Virus record (IMG/VR): IMGVR_UViG_3300028410_000014 | Location: 1-53,869 of that record | Direction: 5' to 3' (one strand) | Length of the DNA: 53,869 nt | Source: a virus | Lineage: Duplodnaviria > Caudoviricetes | Shown here: positions 39,501 to 48,250 of the stretch, one piece after another | Layout of the letters: each line of letters opens with the position of its first letter | Numbering within the stretch: position 1 is the stretch's first letter | Translations under genes and position numbers: made by a program | Notes under the pieces: generated by a model | The model's input: the letters and a program-made list of their open reading frames with translations, nothing else | The model's database searches: none | Told to the model about the DNA's origin: nothing

Positions 39501-42500
39501 CATGTCAGCTTTCAAATTATTCTGAATATCGACATTTCGTGCATCTGTTTCAAGTGTCAGCTTTATGTTTTCCATGAAGTTCAGGAAAGTCTTCAGTTCT
39601 TGCAAATCGATGTCACTCAAAAACTGAGTCTCTTGAGCTTCAACACCAAAGTCTTTTAGACTTGTGAACAGATTTTGCAATTGATTATTCAGCAGTCGAG
39701 TATCTACTAGCCGTAGGCCTTCTTCAATACCTTGCCGCATTAGCATGCCGGCTGTTTCTGCAGCGTGTTCAAGATTCTTCATTAAAGGCGAATCATTATC
39801 GACAACTCTTGCAGAAAAGAAGCCCTTATCTTGCTCTTCTCTGAGCTCCCTGAACAGCTCAATGTATTTCGCTCTTATATTGTCTATTTGAGCATTCAAT
39901 ACAGCATTCGGCTTCTCGCCCGCATCGTACTCCTTGCTCAGATCAGTGAGCATTTTAATGTTTTCAACTTGCCCCGGTGCGGTGTACCCGGCATTAAATT
40001 CTTTATCTTTCTGAGACTCCAGTCGCTCTCTTATGTCAGCGCTGTTAAACGAGTTGGCCAGCCACATATTTATGGCGTAAACTGCGTCAAGACCTATCTG
40101 GTCAAAAAATTGCTGGGAAGCAGTGAAAATTGAAGTCTTCCCCTCCTGCTTAGAAAGATCTTCTATTGTGTTTCGAAACTCTTCAGTTGAGTAAACTGAC
40201 GCGGAAACCGCCTTACTTACTTGCCGCTCAAGTCCTCTATTTGAGGTCTGAATGCGTTTCATAAGTGTTTTGTCTTCTTTGCCACTCATCTGATTCTCAG
40301 AGGCTTCTAAGATTAACTTACTATACTCTTCCAGACGGTCGTTCAGTTTTTCTAATGTGCGCTCTGGTAAGTTACTCCTGTTCAGCCTGCTTAAATTAAA
40401 GTCTTGCTCAATCCCCAGATTCTTAGCACGTGAAGCTACTTCAGTCTTAAGCCCGGTGCGTGCGTCAACAGAGGGCGATTTGGCCTCCAAATTAAAGAAC
40501 TCACGGGTTCTTGCAATGGCTTTATCCAGCTTCTCATTAAAGTCGTCACCTGTGCCGAACAACCAAACAAGCGCTGCACCGGCAACAGCCAGACCTACTG
40601 CTGTCACAGCCAGTACCGCGATACCAGCTAACATAATAGGGACTGCCGCCAGAAAAGCACCCGAAATCATGGCACCGATTGTCATGATCCAAGGTACAGT
40701 TGCAAGCTTAGTTATAATCCCTGTTATTATGGAGGAGCCAATCGTGGCACCGATTGTACCTCCCATTATCGCGCCCTCCGCACCTCCACCGAAATAGCCC
40801 GCCAGTGCCCCTACAGTTCCACCTAAAGCACTGCCGAAGGCTCGCTGTGTTCTAGTTGCTGCAGTTCTAGCTCTGCGTGCCCAATCTTGGATAATGCTGC
40901 CGCTGAATGTTGCAAGCAGCAGAGCGCCTATTCTTGCACGGAATATATAGAACGCTGCAACAATGCTCGGCAAAGTTACGGCAGCAATTTGATATGCCAT
41001 TGCTTGGAATGGGTTAGATATCTTAAGAGAAGCCCAGTCATCAACAAGGGAATCAAGCACCGATTTATCTGGTTTTATATCTGGAACATCCCCTTCGTCT
41101 TTATCTGAGGCGAATGCCTTGCCGGCAAATAAACTACCTGCGACAATTGCGGCAATGAGTGCTGCTCTACCGGCCCGCCCTATCAAAAGCCTACCTAGGC
41201 TGCCCATCGGACCACCGAGCCTGTTTACATAAGCGCTGAACGCGGCAAACTTTCCTCGCATCAGAGCTAAAAAATCGACAATCTTATTCTTGATTGCAGC
41301 TGGGCCTCTCAGAAACAATGCGCCGAGGAATCCATCTGGGCCTGCCCTGAAAGTGATGCTGCGAGCGAATCTTGTCAAAGACGCTGTAATATTTGAGAGC
41401 AAGCCTGTTAGCGCCCCTAATACCCCTGAACTGCCGCCTGCCCCATTTCGACCTCCAAACATACCACTGAAAGCTCTACCAATACTGGCAAATATAGGAG
41501 ATCTACTGAAGTCTCGGAGCGCAATAGAGATTTTATCCATCCCACCTCTGACCAAAAGCTCAATCTTGGCCATTGTTCTTCTGGGGTTCGGCCCGAGCAG
41601 CACACCTTGCACCCAAGTAAGGCCTGTGCCTACGTATGAAGACAAAGTGGTAGTTATGGAAGTTGTAAAGCCGGTAAGTATCGGTCCGAAATTGTCTACA
41701 GCACGTTGACCAAATGTACCCACGCTACCGAACAGTACATCAGAAAATTTCCGGCCTAGGCCTGAAGTTGACAGCACTGATTCAACAGCAGATATCAATG
41801 GGCGTCCTAGGTATTTAGCAACCAGCTGCTTGACATTTGTCAAACCGCCCTCACCTGCCAAGAACAAATACAACAGACCACCTTTGGTTGCATACTCAAG
41901 CAATACAGAATCCATAAAGATCCCGTCAATTGCGCCGAACATAGTTAATGCTAAACCAATGCCAGACAGTGACCGGGTCAAACCTAACGGACCGAACAAG
42001 TATCTTGACAGAATGCCTCCGCCGCTGCCTGTGATCATTGCCTTACCGGCGGCTAGTATTTTGCCTATTGTTTTCTTCCAGCTGTCGTCACTCAACAAGG
42101 CAGGTATTAATTTTGTGCCAAGAAAGTAAGTACCAATTAAGCCTAACGCACCAGGCAGTGCCGAGGAAAACTTACCTGCAATGTTTAGAATACCTGTAAG
42201 CAGTCCTCCGATTATTGGCAACTCTTTAGCTAGTCCTTGTGTAAGAGACGAAAAGAAGGAACTGGCAGCATTCAGTATTTCAGGCAATGCGTCAAATAGC
42301 GCTGCAAGAGTGCCGCCTATAAATTTACCTACTGCTTCACCTAAGACTGACGCAAAACTGCCTCCAAATAGTTTTTCTGAAAGGTTATTGGACAAGCTGA
42401 ATGCTATACTTGCCGCAACAGCAATAATACGTGCTCTGAATTGACCGGCAACATCGCCTCGCAACAGACCTACAGTTATTGCTGCTGCGGCAAAGCTGAG

Positions 42501-45101
42501 GGCAGCGCTTAAAGCCGATTGAATTTTTGGGCCTAAGCCTTGAAATATGTCGGCAACCTTAGTGGCAAAATTACGGAGACCGTCATAAAGAGAGTTGAGC
42601 TTCCCGCCTACACCGGCAACTGAAGGCACCAATATCTCGGGCACACTTACAGAGCGGGCTTGCAACCTTTCACCGACGCCTGCGTAGACTTCTGAAAATA
42701 GCTTAAGTACTTTGCTGCGGAACTTCAACAAACCTACAGAAACACGCTCCCACAAATTACGGCTGTACTCTACAACACCGTCAATAGTATCAGGCCAGTA
42801 GGAGTTACCTACTACTTTATCATATATATCAAAGAAAGCATCTTTAATTTTCTCGGCAAAAGAAATCACTTTCTCTAATACTAGAGGTAGCCCGTTTTTG
42901 ACTACGGCGTATATACTGTCAGTTAAATCTCTGAATGTTAAAGATAGTCCTCTCAAAATTATTATGGGAGTGGCTATTGCTGCGGCAATTGCGGCCAACA
43001 CGCGACTCAAACCACCTAAGTCGCCCACTACGCTGCTGATACCCTCAGAGAAGCTGTTAACAATGCCTAAAAAGCCACCGCTTTCGGCCATTGCTGAAAC
43101 GCCGGTGCTCCATGCGCCGGAGCCAAAGGAAGACATCTTGGATAGTAATGAGTCCAATTCGCCCATATTTTCCTTAACAACACTGACAAAGCCTACAAAT
43201 ATGCTGCCTGCTACGTTCTTAAGTTTCACTGCGTAGGCAATTACGCCGTCAACCATATCAGGCCAGTAGGAGTTACCTACTACTTTATCATATATGTCAA
43301 GAAAGGTGCCTTTGATACTGTCACCAAAGCTTGATATAAAGGACTGTACTCTTCCAAGGCCACTTTTTGTTTTGCTAAAAATATTACCGACCATACTGTC
43401 AAATGCCGATTCTATCACTTTCGTATACTTGGCGACTTTTGTGAACTTGAGAAACTCAAGCGCAATGTCTTTAAACAGTTTTGACAGAGATGTTACGGGA
43501 ACCCAGTCAGCTATTATTGTGGCCAACATTTTGACTGCCTTCACAGCGCTTGCCGCCATTGCTTCAATGACAGCCATGATGACCTTTGGCAATGACTGTA
43601 AGACATCTCCCAAAAATGTAAACACGTTAAACAAGGAAGGCGCCCACATGTCAAAAATAAGACGAGATGCCTTGTAAAAAGGAACGGACAGGCCTGTTAT
43701 GCCTTTGCCTATTTGTGCAAGAGATACGAAAAAGGTTTCGAGGAAACCTGTCTTTATCGATATCAAGGCGTTGTCAGTTAAGCCAATGTACCTGAGCGCA
43801 GACTTAAAGCTGTTATCTACGTTTATAAATGTTCTGCGAAGTACTGTACCTATTGTGTTTGTGTTGCCGGCCAATGCAACCGCCAAATCACCGAAAGCGT
43901 CTCCGTATAATTTCAGGTTTCTGACTGAAAAAATTTCTTTTATCGTCTCTACGTCAAAACCGGCGGCTGCCCAATTGCGAGGACTGAGTCGTCTTATCTG
44001 GCGAAGCGCTAATTCTACATCGCTTTCTATGTTAATGAAGTCAACGAGACGTATCTGTTTAAAGGAGGTAATGGCACCACCCAGAAAACTCCGGTCGATA
44101 TCCCGTATTATAGAATTCAGGTCTTCAGACAATGTATCTGTGAAAGAAATGTCCGGTATGATTCTGAGGAAGTACTCTCCCATAGTTTTAAAGGAGTTTC
44201 CCAAAGGCTTACTGATCACTTCTATCATCTGTTGCGCTGTTTGTAGCGCAAACATGAATCTGTTGCCCATTTCAAAAGCGCCGTCTGCGGCATCACTTAT
44301 GCCGTCGGCAAAACGGAAAGTGCCTCGAGTAATAGCAGCGGTCAGGTTGAGACCTTTGTCCAATTCCGATGTGTAAATTGACATCGAATCTTTGAGGTAG
44401 CCACCGGCCTCTCCTATTGTGGGCGCCAGCGCCTCAAACTCTTTAGATATGGCAGCACTCTCACGAACAAGCGCACCGAAAACTTCTCTATCTGTCAATT
44501 TACCTTGTTCGGCCAAGCTTTTAAGACTGCTCTTTGCAACACCCATGCCGTCGGCAATAGCTTCTGCAACACGAGGCAGCTGCTCCATAACTGACATCAA
44601 TTCTTGACCGCGAAGCGCACCTGCAGCAAGACCTTGGCCCAGCTGTATAATAGCCGCGTTAGCAGACTCAGCGTCTGTGCCATATATTGCGATGCTTTGT
44701 TGAATGGCCTTTGTGGCCACCAAAATCTCAGACATTGGTTTGCCGGTGCCTTTGAGCGATCTGCCGAATGCACCGAAGGTTTCAACGGAGCTTTGTATGC
44801 TGCTGCGTGTGTCTCTGGCTATTTTATACAATTCTTTTTGAGCTAATATTAACTCATTTGTGCGCCCTGTTACAGATGCTATCTTGTTTTCAAGATTAGA
44901 GAAATTATTTGAAACTCTGAATAGCGCGTTGCCACCCAGTCCCACCGTCGCAATTGCGGCAATACTTCTTACGACTCTGCCAATGGACTTGCCAGCTGAA
45001 AGCGCAGAAGACTCTATATTACCAAGAGACTTATTAACATCCTGTAACTCTCGTGTAGCGCGGTCCGCATTGGCTTTGACGTCTATGAATACACCAGACA
45101 T
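36501..45101 (-). CDS. tape measure protein (2866 aa)
   Basis: QLGQGLAAGALRGQELMSVMEQ tape-measure motif, hydrophobic central region, FASGG..GPGTGTSDSIP near C-terminus. Confidence 0.93.
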   Translation of the reverse strand: MSGVFIDVKANADRATRELQDVNKSLGNIESSALSAGKSIGRVVRSIAAIATVGLGGNALFRVSNNFSNLENKIASVTGRTNELILAQKELYKIARDTRSSIQSSVETFGAFGRSLKGTGKPMSEILVATKAIQQSIAIYGTDAESANAAIIQLGQGLAAGALRGQELMSVMEQLPRVAEAIADGMGVAKSSLKSLAEQGKLTDREVFGALVRESAAISKEFEALAPTIGEAGGYLKDSMSIYTSELDKGLNLTAAITRGTFRFADGISDAADGAFEMGNRFMFALQTAQQMIEVISKPLGNSFKTMGEYFLRIIPDISFTDTLSEDLNSIIRDIDRSFLGGAITSFKQIRLVDFINIESDVELALRQIRRLSPRNWAAAGFDVETIKEIFSVRNLKLYGDAFGDLAVALAGNTNTIGTVLRRTFINVDNSFKSALRYIGLTDNALISIKTGFLETFFVSLAQIGKGITGLSVPFYKASRLIFDMWAPSLFNVFTFLGDVLQSLPKVIMAVIEAMAASAVKAVKMLATIIADWVPVTSLSKLFKDIALEFLKFTKVAKYTKVIESAFDSMVGNIFSKTKSGLGRVQSFISSFGDSIKGTFLDIYDKVVGNSYWPDMVDGVIAYAVKLKNVAGSIFVGFVSVVKENMGELDSLLSKMSSFGSGAWSTGVSAMAESGGFLGIVNSFSEGISSVVGDLGGLSRVLAAIAAAIATPIIILRGLSLTFRDLTDSIYAVVKNGLPLVLEKVISFAEKIKDAFFDIYDKVVGNSYWPDTIDGVVEYSRNLWERVSVGLLKFRSKVLKLFSEVYAGVGERLQARSVSVPEILVPSVAGVGGKLNSLYDGLRNFATKVADIFQGLGPKIQSALSAALSFAAAAITVGLLRGDVAGQFRARIIAVAASIAFSLSNNLSEKLFGGSFASVLGEAVGKFIGGTLAALFDALPEILNAASSFFSSLTQGLAKELPIIGGLLTGILNIAGKFSSALPGALGLIGTYFLGTKLIPALLSDDSWKKTIGKILAAGKAMITGSGGGILSRYLFGPLGLTRSLSGIGLALTMFGAIDGIFMDSVLLEYATKGGLLYLFLAGEGGLTNVKQLVAKYLGRPLISAVESVLSTSGLGRKFSDVLFGSVGTFGQRAVDNFGPILTGFTTSITTTLSSYVGTGLTWVQGVLLGPNPRRTMAKIELLVRGGMDKISIALRDFSRSPIFASIGRAFSGMFGGRNGAGGSSGVLGALTGLLSNITASLTRFARSITFRAGPDGFLGALFLRGPAAIKNKIVDFLALMRGKFAAFSAYVNRLGGPMGSLGRLLIGRAGRAALIAAIVAGSLFAGKAFASDKDEGDVPDIKPDKSVLDSLVDDWASLKISNPFQAMAYQIAAVTLPSIVAAFYIFRARIGALLLATFSGSIIQDWARRARTAATRTQRAFGSALGGTVGALAGYFGGGAEGAIMGGTIGATIGSSIITGIITKLATVPWIMTIGAMISGAFLAAVPIMLAGIAVLAVTAVGLAVAGAALVWLFGTGDDFNEKLDKAIARTREFFNLEAKSPSVDARTGLKTEVASRAKNLGIEQDFNLSRLNRSNLPERTLEKLNDRLEEYSKLILEASENQMSGKEDKTLMKRIQTSNRGLERQVSKAVSASVYSTEEFRNTIEDLSKQEGKTSIFTASQQFFDQIGLDAVYAINMWLANSFNSADIRERLESQKDKEFNAGYTAPGQVENIKMLTDLSKEYDAGEKPNAVLNAQIDNIRAKYIELFRELREEQDKGFFSARVVDNDSPLMKNLEHAAETAGMLMRQGIEEGLRLVDTRLLNNQLQNLFTSLKDFGVEAQETQFLSDIDLQELKTFLNFMENIKLTLETDARNVDIQNNLKADMKRIVKSAQNVIDDSIDSNPNLSISMVASMRVSSVDLGLSPEIISSMSDGLGNRVNDTITELRDTDDSVANGTLSAAGATILKSLKKYRTLTGVAKEGKIDALKEVAEMVNVDFNQIYRNDGLQAVRDATIEGLTLQGKGVRAAASENEENYSLFERNFLSFTDRMNRAVLTAPNLMSALGDGMSKGFEEASFRGIDSSGLQTLKDAGLAIQIADDGIKNLGSNFSALDLKKLLTDKFIAASAAIKVTTAVMAKLPQGVIAALNSAGFSTYKAMNRLSKEATDTFVGIESELQVVEAELKGLTVGTEKYYTAMKRLAILEASRDRLSALAGNSLADQNNVVGSVLQGGFSDREFAMVDSKLRSLLFRFSSAAKEAFDNFAANAQDSAQKSLNLFGVISAIDSQTEILKLGKDLKISLAQSAYEGLGEGFARAQNAIGEITIAQFAKVSKASRDKYKADSKAIEQLRKVAEAGLTNEQQDILLTYDKTNAEEVVAAIAASAKLSLKELLTQITPSSEFQDMKTSVDLNTDALGFVRDALYKFAGVEVPEALKPVTKETGAAPKSLETGDRNTSSVFRDLDVAEASLTSGITKKAFGGIEGSLRNLIIASDDAGKSLDISTLRLASDSDRKKLEGLIGELNALDTSGMNPRAIEQARLGFEREVDNILKGVTRLTDGMRSAGQAMSDGIRGSIKTGLTALMTGENKSFTSFFESLANTFTLGVIEAFTQGIADQLISGVTDGFLKKINEGQYGLGSQVAEGATGLFSGWGDDGETTVPTKEMIESGYRDAEGFFANMGTQFLAMGNTATESFFAPLGRSFVALAKGIGGMLTEMFSGGGGGGVDFFGAIMKIGAGVAGAWGGGGTDAFIDSGVLTEFELQNFASGGLVTGPGTGTSDSIPTMLSNREFVVNARDTQKNLGLLTALNSGKSISKFAKGGQVGRVSKPTYISNDKMSPKSSSQQIFNVNITGDISRQTKAEIYKMLPSIAQGVNKQNREVGNRS
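42788..43295. repeat. perfect 40-bp direct repeat (42788-42827 and 43256-43295)
   Basis: tatcaggccagtaggagttacctactactttatcatatat twice, 468 bp apart, in frame (IYDKVVGNSYWPD). Confidence 0.9.
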
Positions 45102-45116
45102 AAAATACCCTCACGA

Positions 45117-45146
45117 AATAAAGCCCCCACCAAGATAGGTAGGGGC
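45117..45146 (-). terminator. putative intrinsic terminator before the tape measure gene
   Basis: GCCCCTACC...GGTGGGGGC followed by TTTATTT. Confidence 0.55.
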
Positions 45147-45150
45147 ATGT

Positions 45151-45486
45151 TTACTGCTTTTCAGAGACAATCACACCGTTAGGCCGTACTCTGGGCTCTG
45201 ACAGTACAGTTCTTTCAATAAAATGAGAAGGTGCTTGTATTGACGAACCTCGATTCAATAGCAAGACATAATCGACATTATTAACAATTGACTCGCCTTG
45301 AATCTGCCAACTTGCGGCAGCCTCCCCAGTGTCTTTTGGAGTGGCTTCTCTCAGAGCTGCCAGCATTTTATTTTTAACAGATTTCTCTGCATTTTGCACC
45401 GCGTCTCTCTTTGCGGCTTCAATCTCTCGAAGAACATTCTTGATACCTGAAACCTTAATAGTCAATTTTATCCCCTCCTTTGGCAC
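45151..45486 (-). CDS. HK97 gp10-like tail completion protein
   Basis: ATPKDTG.A..SW...N.V.Y...LN.GSS.QAP..F. Confidence 0.75.
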   Translation of the reverse strand: MPKEGIKLTIKVSGIKNVLREIEAAKRDAVQNAEKSVKNKMLAALREATPKDTGEAAASWQIQGESIVNNVDYVLLLNRGSSIQAPSHFIERTVLSEPRVRPNGVIVSEKQ

Positions 45487-45811
45487 TTAATAACTTAGAA
45501 AACATGCCGGAGTTCTGGAATTTGCTGTGGTTGAGCGTACCGTCATCGGAAACAGAGGTCTTTTCCCCTGCACGCATTGTGGCAAGAGAGCTGAATATTT
45601 CTTCTGGGCGGGCTTTCACACCTTGAGCTTGAAGGAGTTTAAATGTCCTCTCATCATCCCTCCAGCCTACAGGTCTCATATTAAAGTATTCAAACCAAGA
45701 AATAAATTCTTCATATGGCATCTCTTCCATTAGCCTGTATACCGGCATTCTGAGTTGGAACGCCAGTTCATAGACTAGGAGTTTGTCGCCTGTGAGCTCT
45801 TCGCGTTTGGG
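45455..45811 (-). CDS. tail assembly chaperone, frameshifted (gpT-like) part
   Basis: Frame open from slippery site CCCAAAC (45805-45811): PKREELTGDKLLVYELAFQLRMPVYRLMEEMPYEEF. Confidence 0.75.
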   Translation of the reverse strand, partial: PKREELTGDKLLVYELAFQLRMPVYRLMEEMPYEEFISWFEYFNMRPVGWRDDERTFKLLQAQGVKARPEEIFSSLATMRAGEKTSVSDDGTLNHSKFQNSGMFSKLLSAKGGDKIDY

Positions 45812-46140
45812 TCACCTGCAACTCCAGAGAATTGCATGATGGCATTGGAGAGTTTAGACAACTCATCCAAGGGAAATTGGTCAAAGTCTTCTGGTGTCAG
45901 GTCAGCCGCATCTGGACAGCCCACTTTAATAACGTCTTGCAAAAGACGGAAGTTAGCGGTCTCATCTTCGCCGATATCTTTGGCAGACTTTTGAATTCCC
46001 ATTACTTCAGAGACAGACAATTTCAGAATCTCTACTTCCTCTTCCATAAACGGGGAGATCTTACGAAGACGTTTACCTACAAGAGCTTTCATTGCTGACA
46101 TAACTGGTACTTCCTTATTAGTGAGATTAGGAGCTGACAT
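45775..46140 (-). CDS. tail assembly chaperone (gpG-like)
   Basis: Between tube and tape measure genes, with slippery heptamer near its end. Confidence 0.75.
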   Translation of the reverse strand: MSAPNLTNKEVPVMSAMKALVGKRLRKISPFMEEEVEILKLSVSEVMGIQKSAKDIGEDETANFRLLQDVIKVGCPDAADLTPEDFDQFPLDELSKLSNAIMQFSGVAGDPNAKSSQATNS

Positions 46141-46363
46141 TTGTCAAGTCTCCTACTTTATTGGCGATGGCCGCGTTCATCTTCTCGATATCCCGCTTCA
46201 TTTCGTGAAGGATTGAAAGAGTTTGCATCAACTCCATGCTCTTCACGGCGTCACCCTCGAACTCGCTCACACGGCTCAGCGTCTTGCTTATGCTGAATTC
46301 AATGTCATTTTTCATGTTACGAAGGGTAAGACTGATGACATAATCTTTGTTAAACGGTTTCAT
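46127..46363 (-). CDS. hypothetical protein in tail module
   Basis: AGGA Shine-Dalgarno. Confidence 0.6.
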   Translation of the reverse strand: MKPFNKDYVISLTLRNMKNDIEFSISKTLSRVSEFEGDAVKSMELMQTLSILHEMKRDIEKMNAAIANKVGDLTNVSS

Positions 46364-46381
46364 TTATGTTCCTAATATAGA

Positions 46382-46405
46382 GAGCCTCCCCCGAAAGAGA
46401 GGCTC
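46382..46405 (-). terminator. hairpin after the tail tube gene
   Basis: GAGCCTCTCT-TTCG-GGGGAGGCTC. Confidence 0.6.
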
Positions 46406-46412
46406 GCCTGAT

Positions 46413-47012
46413 TTAGACGGTAAACGCACCGTAGAAAGCAGACTGGATAGTCAGAGTGATTGTCGCAGTGTTCGCGTCAGTCAACTGAGGATTAACTTGA
46501 AGGGCTTCCAACTTGCCTGTCCAGTAGTATTGCGAGTTACCAACAGTGCCTAAACCGGCAGAGGTAGATGCATATTTAATGTCACCTGCACCTGTTGGCT
46601 CAGCGTTCAGAAGTGTGAAACGGAAGATGTGCTGTTTACCGTCACCTACCATAGAGCCCAGGATGTTGGAGGCGTCATCAGCCCACTCGGAAGGCACATA
46701 GTTCAATGTGATTTCCATAGAAGGCGCGTCTGCCTGGCCCTGAATCTGCTGCGAAGTCTTTGAGCCGTATACAGGCACGTTGACTACGTTAGGTGGTGTG
46801 CCCATGCTTGGGAATTCACGAACGTTCTTCACCCGAACAAAAGTGCCTGGCGCTTGAGTGCCACCGGTAGTTGGGATCTCTTCGCTGAACAGCGCTTGAA
46901 ACTCGGAAGCTTCGTCAAGTGCTGCGATCGCTGCGTTGGTCAATTCTGTTGCAGGGGTTGCCACTGACAAGTCAGAGAAAACGCCTGCACCAATTGAAGA
47001 AATATGAGCCAT
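46413..47012 (-). CDS. major tail tube protein
   Basis: V.NVPVYG...S.QI.GQ.D.P..E.T.NY pattern; position; downstream hairpin. Confidence 0.82.
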   Translation of the reverse strand: MAHISSIGAGVFSDLSVATPATELTNAAIAALDEASEFQALFSEEIPTTGGTQAPGTFVRVKNVREFPSMGTPPNVVNVPVYGSKTSQQIQGQADAPSMEITLNYVPSEWADDASNILGSMVGDGKQHIFRFTLLNAEPTGAGDIKYASTSAGLGTVGNSQYYWTGKLEALQVNPQLTDANTATITLTIQSAFYGAFTV

Positions 47013-47420
47013 TTAATTTACTCCGAAAAAACTGAAAGGAATTGAATAAGTCATCATCGTCAGAGACGGTTTTGCTTTATCCAAAGAAGGATTGTCTGCT
47101 GCGCTGTCAAGAAATTGCACGACGTCACCGTCCAGGTTTTCAACAGATTTTCTCATGAGGAAGGAATCCAGAGAGTCTGCTATTGAATAAGATCTTTTAG
47201 GTGAGTCCACTGTCTTGACAAATATGCCTATTATCAGTAAACCTGAAACTGACTGTCCATTGACGCCTGTTCCACTTGGTATTACTGAAAGACGAATATA
47301 TTCCGTTCCAGGATTCTCGGGAACAATTGAAGAAGGATGCGCAGTTATGCCCATTACCTTCCATGCTTCTGTCGCAAAAACAGAGTAAATAGTCATAAGC
47401 GAACTTTCGTATCGCGACAC
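47013..47420 (-). CDS. tail terminator protein
   Basis: Size and position directly upstream of the tube gene. Confidence 0.6.
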   Translation of the reverse strand: MSRYESSLMTIYSVFATEAWKVMGITAHPSSIVPENPGTEYIRLSVIPSGTGVNGQSVSGLLIIGIFVKTVDSPKRSYSIADSLDSFLMRKSVENLDGDVVQFLDSAADNPSLDKAKPSLTMMTYSIPFSFFGVN

Positions 47421-47423
47421 AGG

Positions 47424-47765
47424 CTACTCCTTATAAACAGTAAGCAGCGTTACATAACGCTTTTGAGCTATGACAGGGCCGATTTTCCAGACTTCGTCTT
47501 CTATTTGAACTTCTGAAAAGTCACCTATTTCGCCGAGTTCTTTTGACTTAAACAAGACTTCTCTTTTGAGAACACTTTTGTCTTTAGACTCTTTGAGGAT
47601 AACACATTTCACGTTAGGCACATTCTCATTAATAACGGGAGAAGTACCTGCCGAAAAATCAAACGACTCAGCTGTCTTGCGAACGAATGTAACACTAATA
47701 GCGAGATCTTTCAACTGATTGAAAGCGAGGACTAGCTGAGAGTCAATTAACGCTTTGTAAGCCAT
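47424..47765 (-). CDS. head closure (stopper) protein
   Basis: Position, beta-rich; TAATG-coupled ATG at 47765. Confidence 0.55.
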   Translation of the reverse strand: MAYKALIDSQLVLAFNQLKDLAISVTFVRKTAESFDFSAGTSPVINENVPNVKCVILKESKDKSVLKREVLFKSKELGEIGDFSEVQIEDEVWKIGPVIAQKRYVTLLTVYKE

Positions 47766-48238
47766 TAGTTTGCCCTCCACCAAATTCTTGAGCCATGATT
47801 CACAAGCATTGGACGTATCAGCGTGTAGGCAATATTCGGCAACGTGGCTGCTTTACGAATGTCTAATAGCTCTACCGAAGAGATTTTGAGAGACTCGACT
47901 TTACCGGTCTCATCCAATAACCCATCATTGTTCAAAAAGTGATAAGCTGTTTCAAATTGCGCTTTCAACAGTCTAGCGGGGTAACCGTCAAAGTCTACAC
48001 AAAAACCCAAACGTGGATCGAGGTAAGAGCCTTTTCTGGGATGTGCCATAAGCTGTGTCCCAGACACGGCAACGCCGCCCCAATCCTCTTCGTCCAGAAC
48101 TTGAGCGGCTGTTACCATTGCAGCATTTTTCATAGCATCATCGGCAACACTCCAAGCTTCCGAGTCCAGTCGAGTTATGAAATATGTCTCCGCTTGTTCA
48201 AGAGTGCCGTATGAGTTTTCGCCGACAATTAACGGCAT
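47765..48238 (-). CDS. head-tail adaptor protein
   Basis: NSY.T...A..YF...W...Q.MAHPR pattern; follows capsid gene. Confidence 0.72.
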   Translation of the reverse strand: MPLIVGENSYGTLEQAETYFITRLDSEAWSVADDAMKNAAMVTAAQVLDEEDWGGVAVSGTQLMAHPRKGSYLDPRLGFCVDFDGYPARLLKAQFETAYHFLNNDGLLDETGKVESLKISSVELLDIRKAATLPNIAYTLIRPMLVNHGSRIWWRAN

Positions 48239-48250
48239 AGGTCACCTCAC

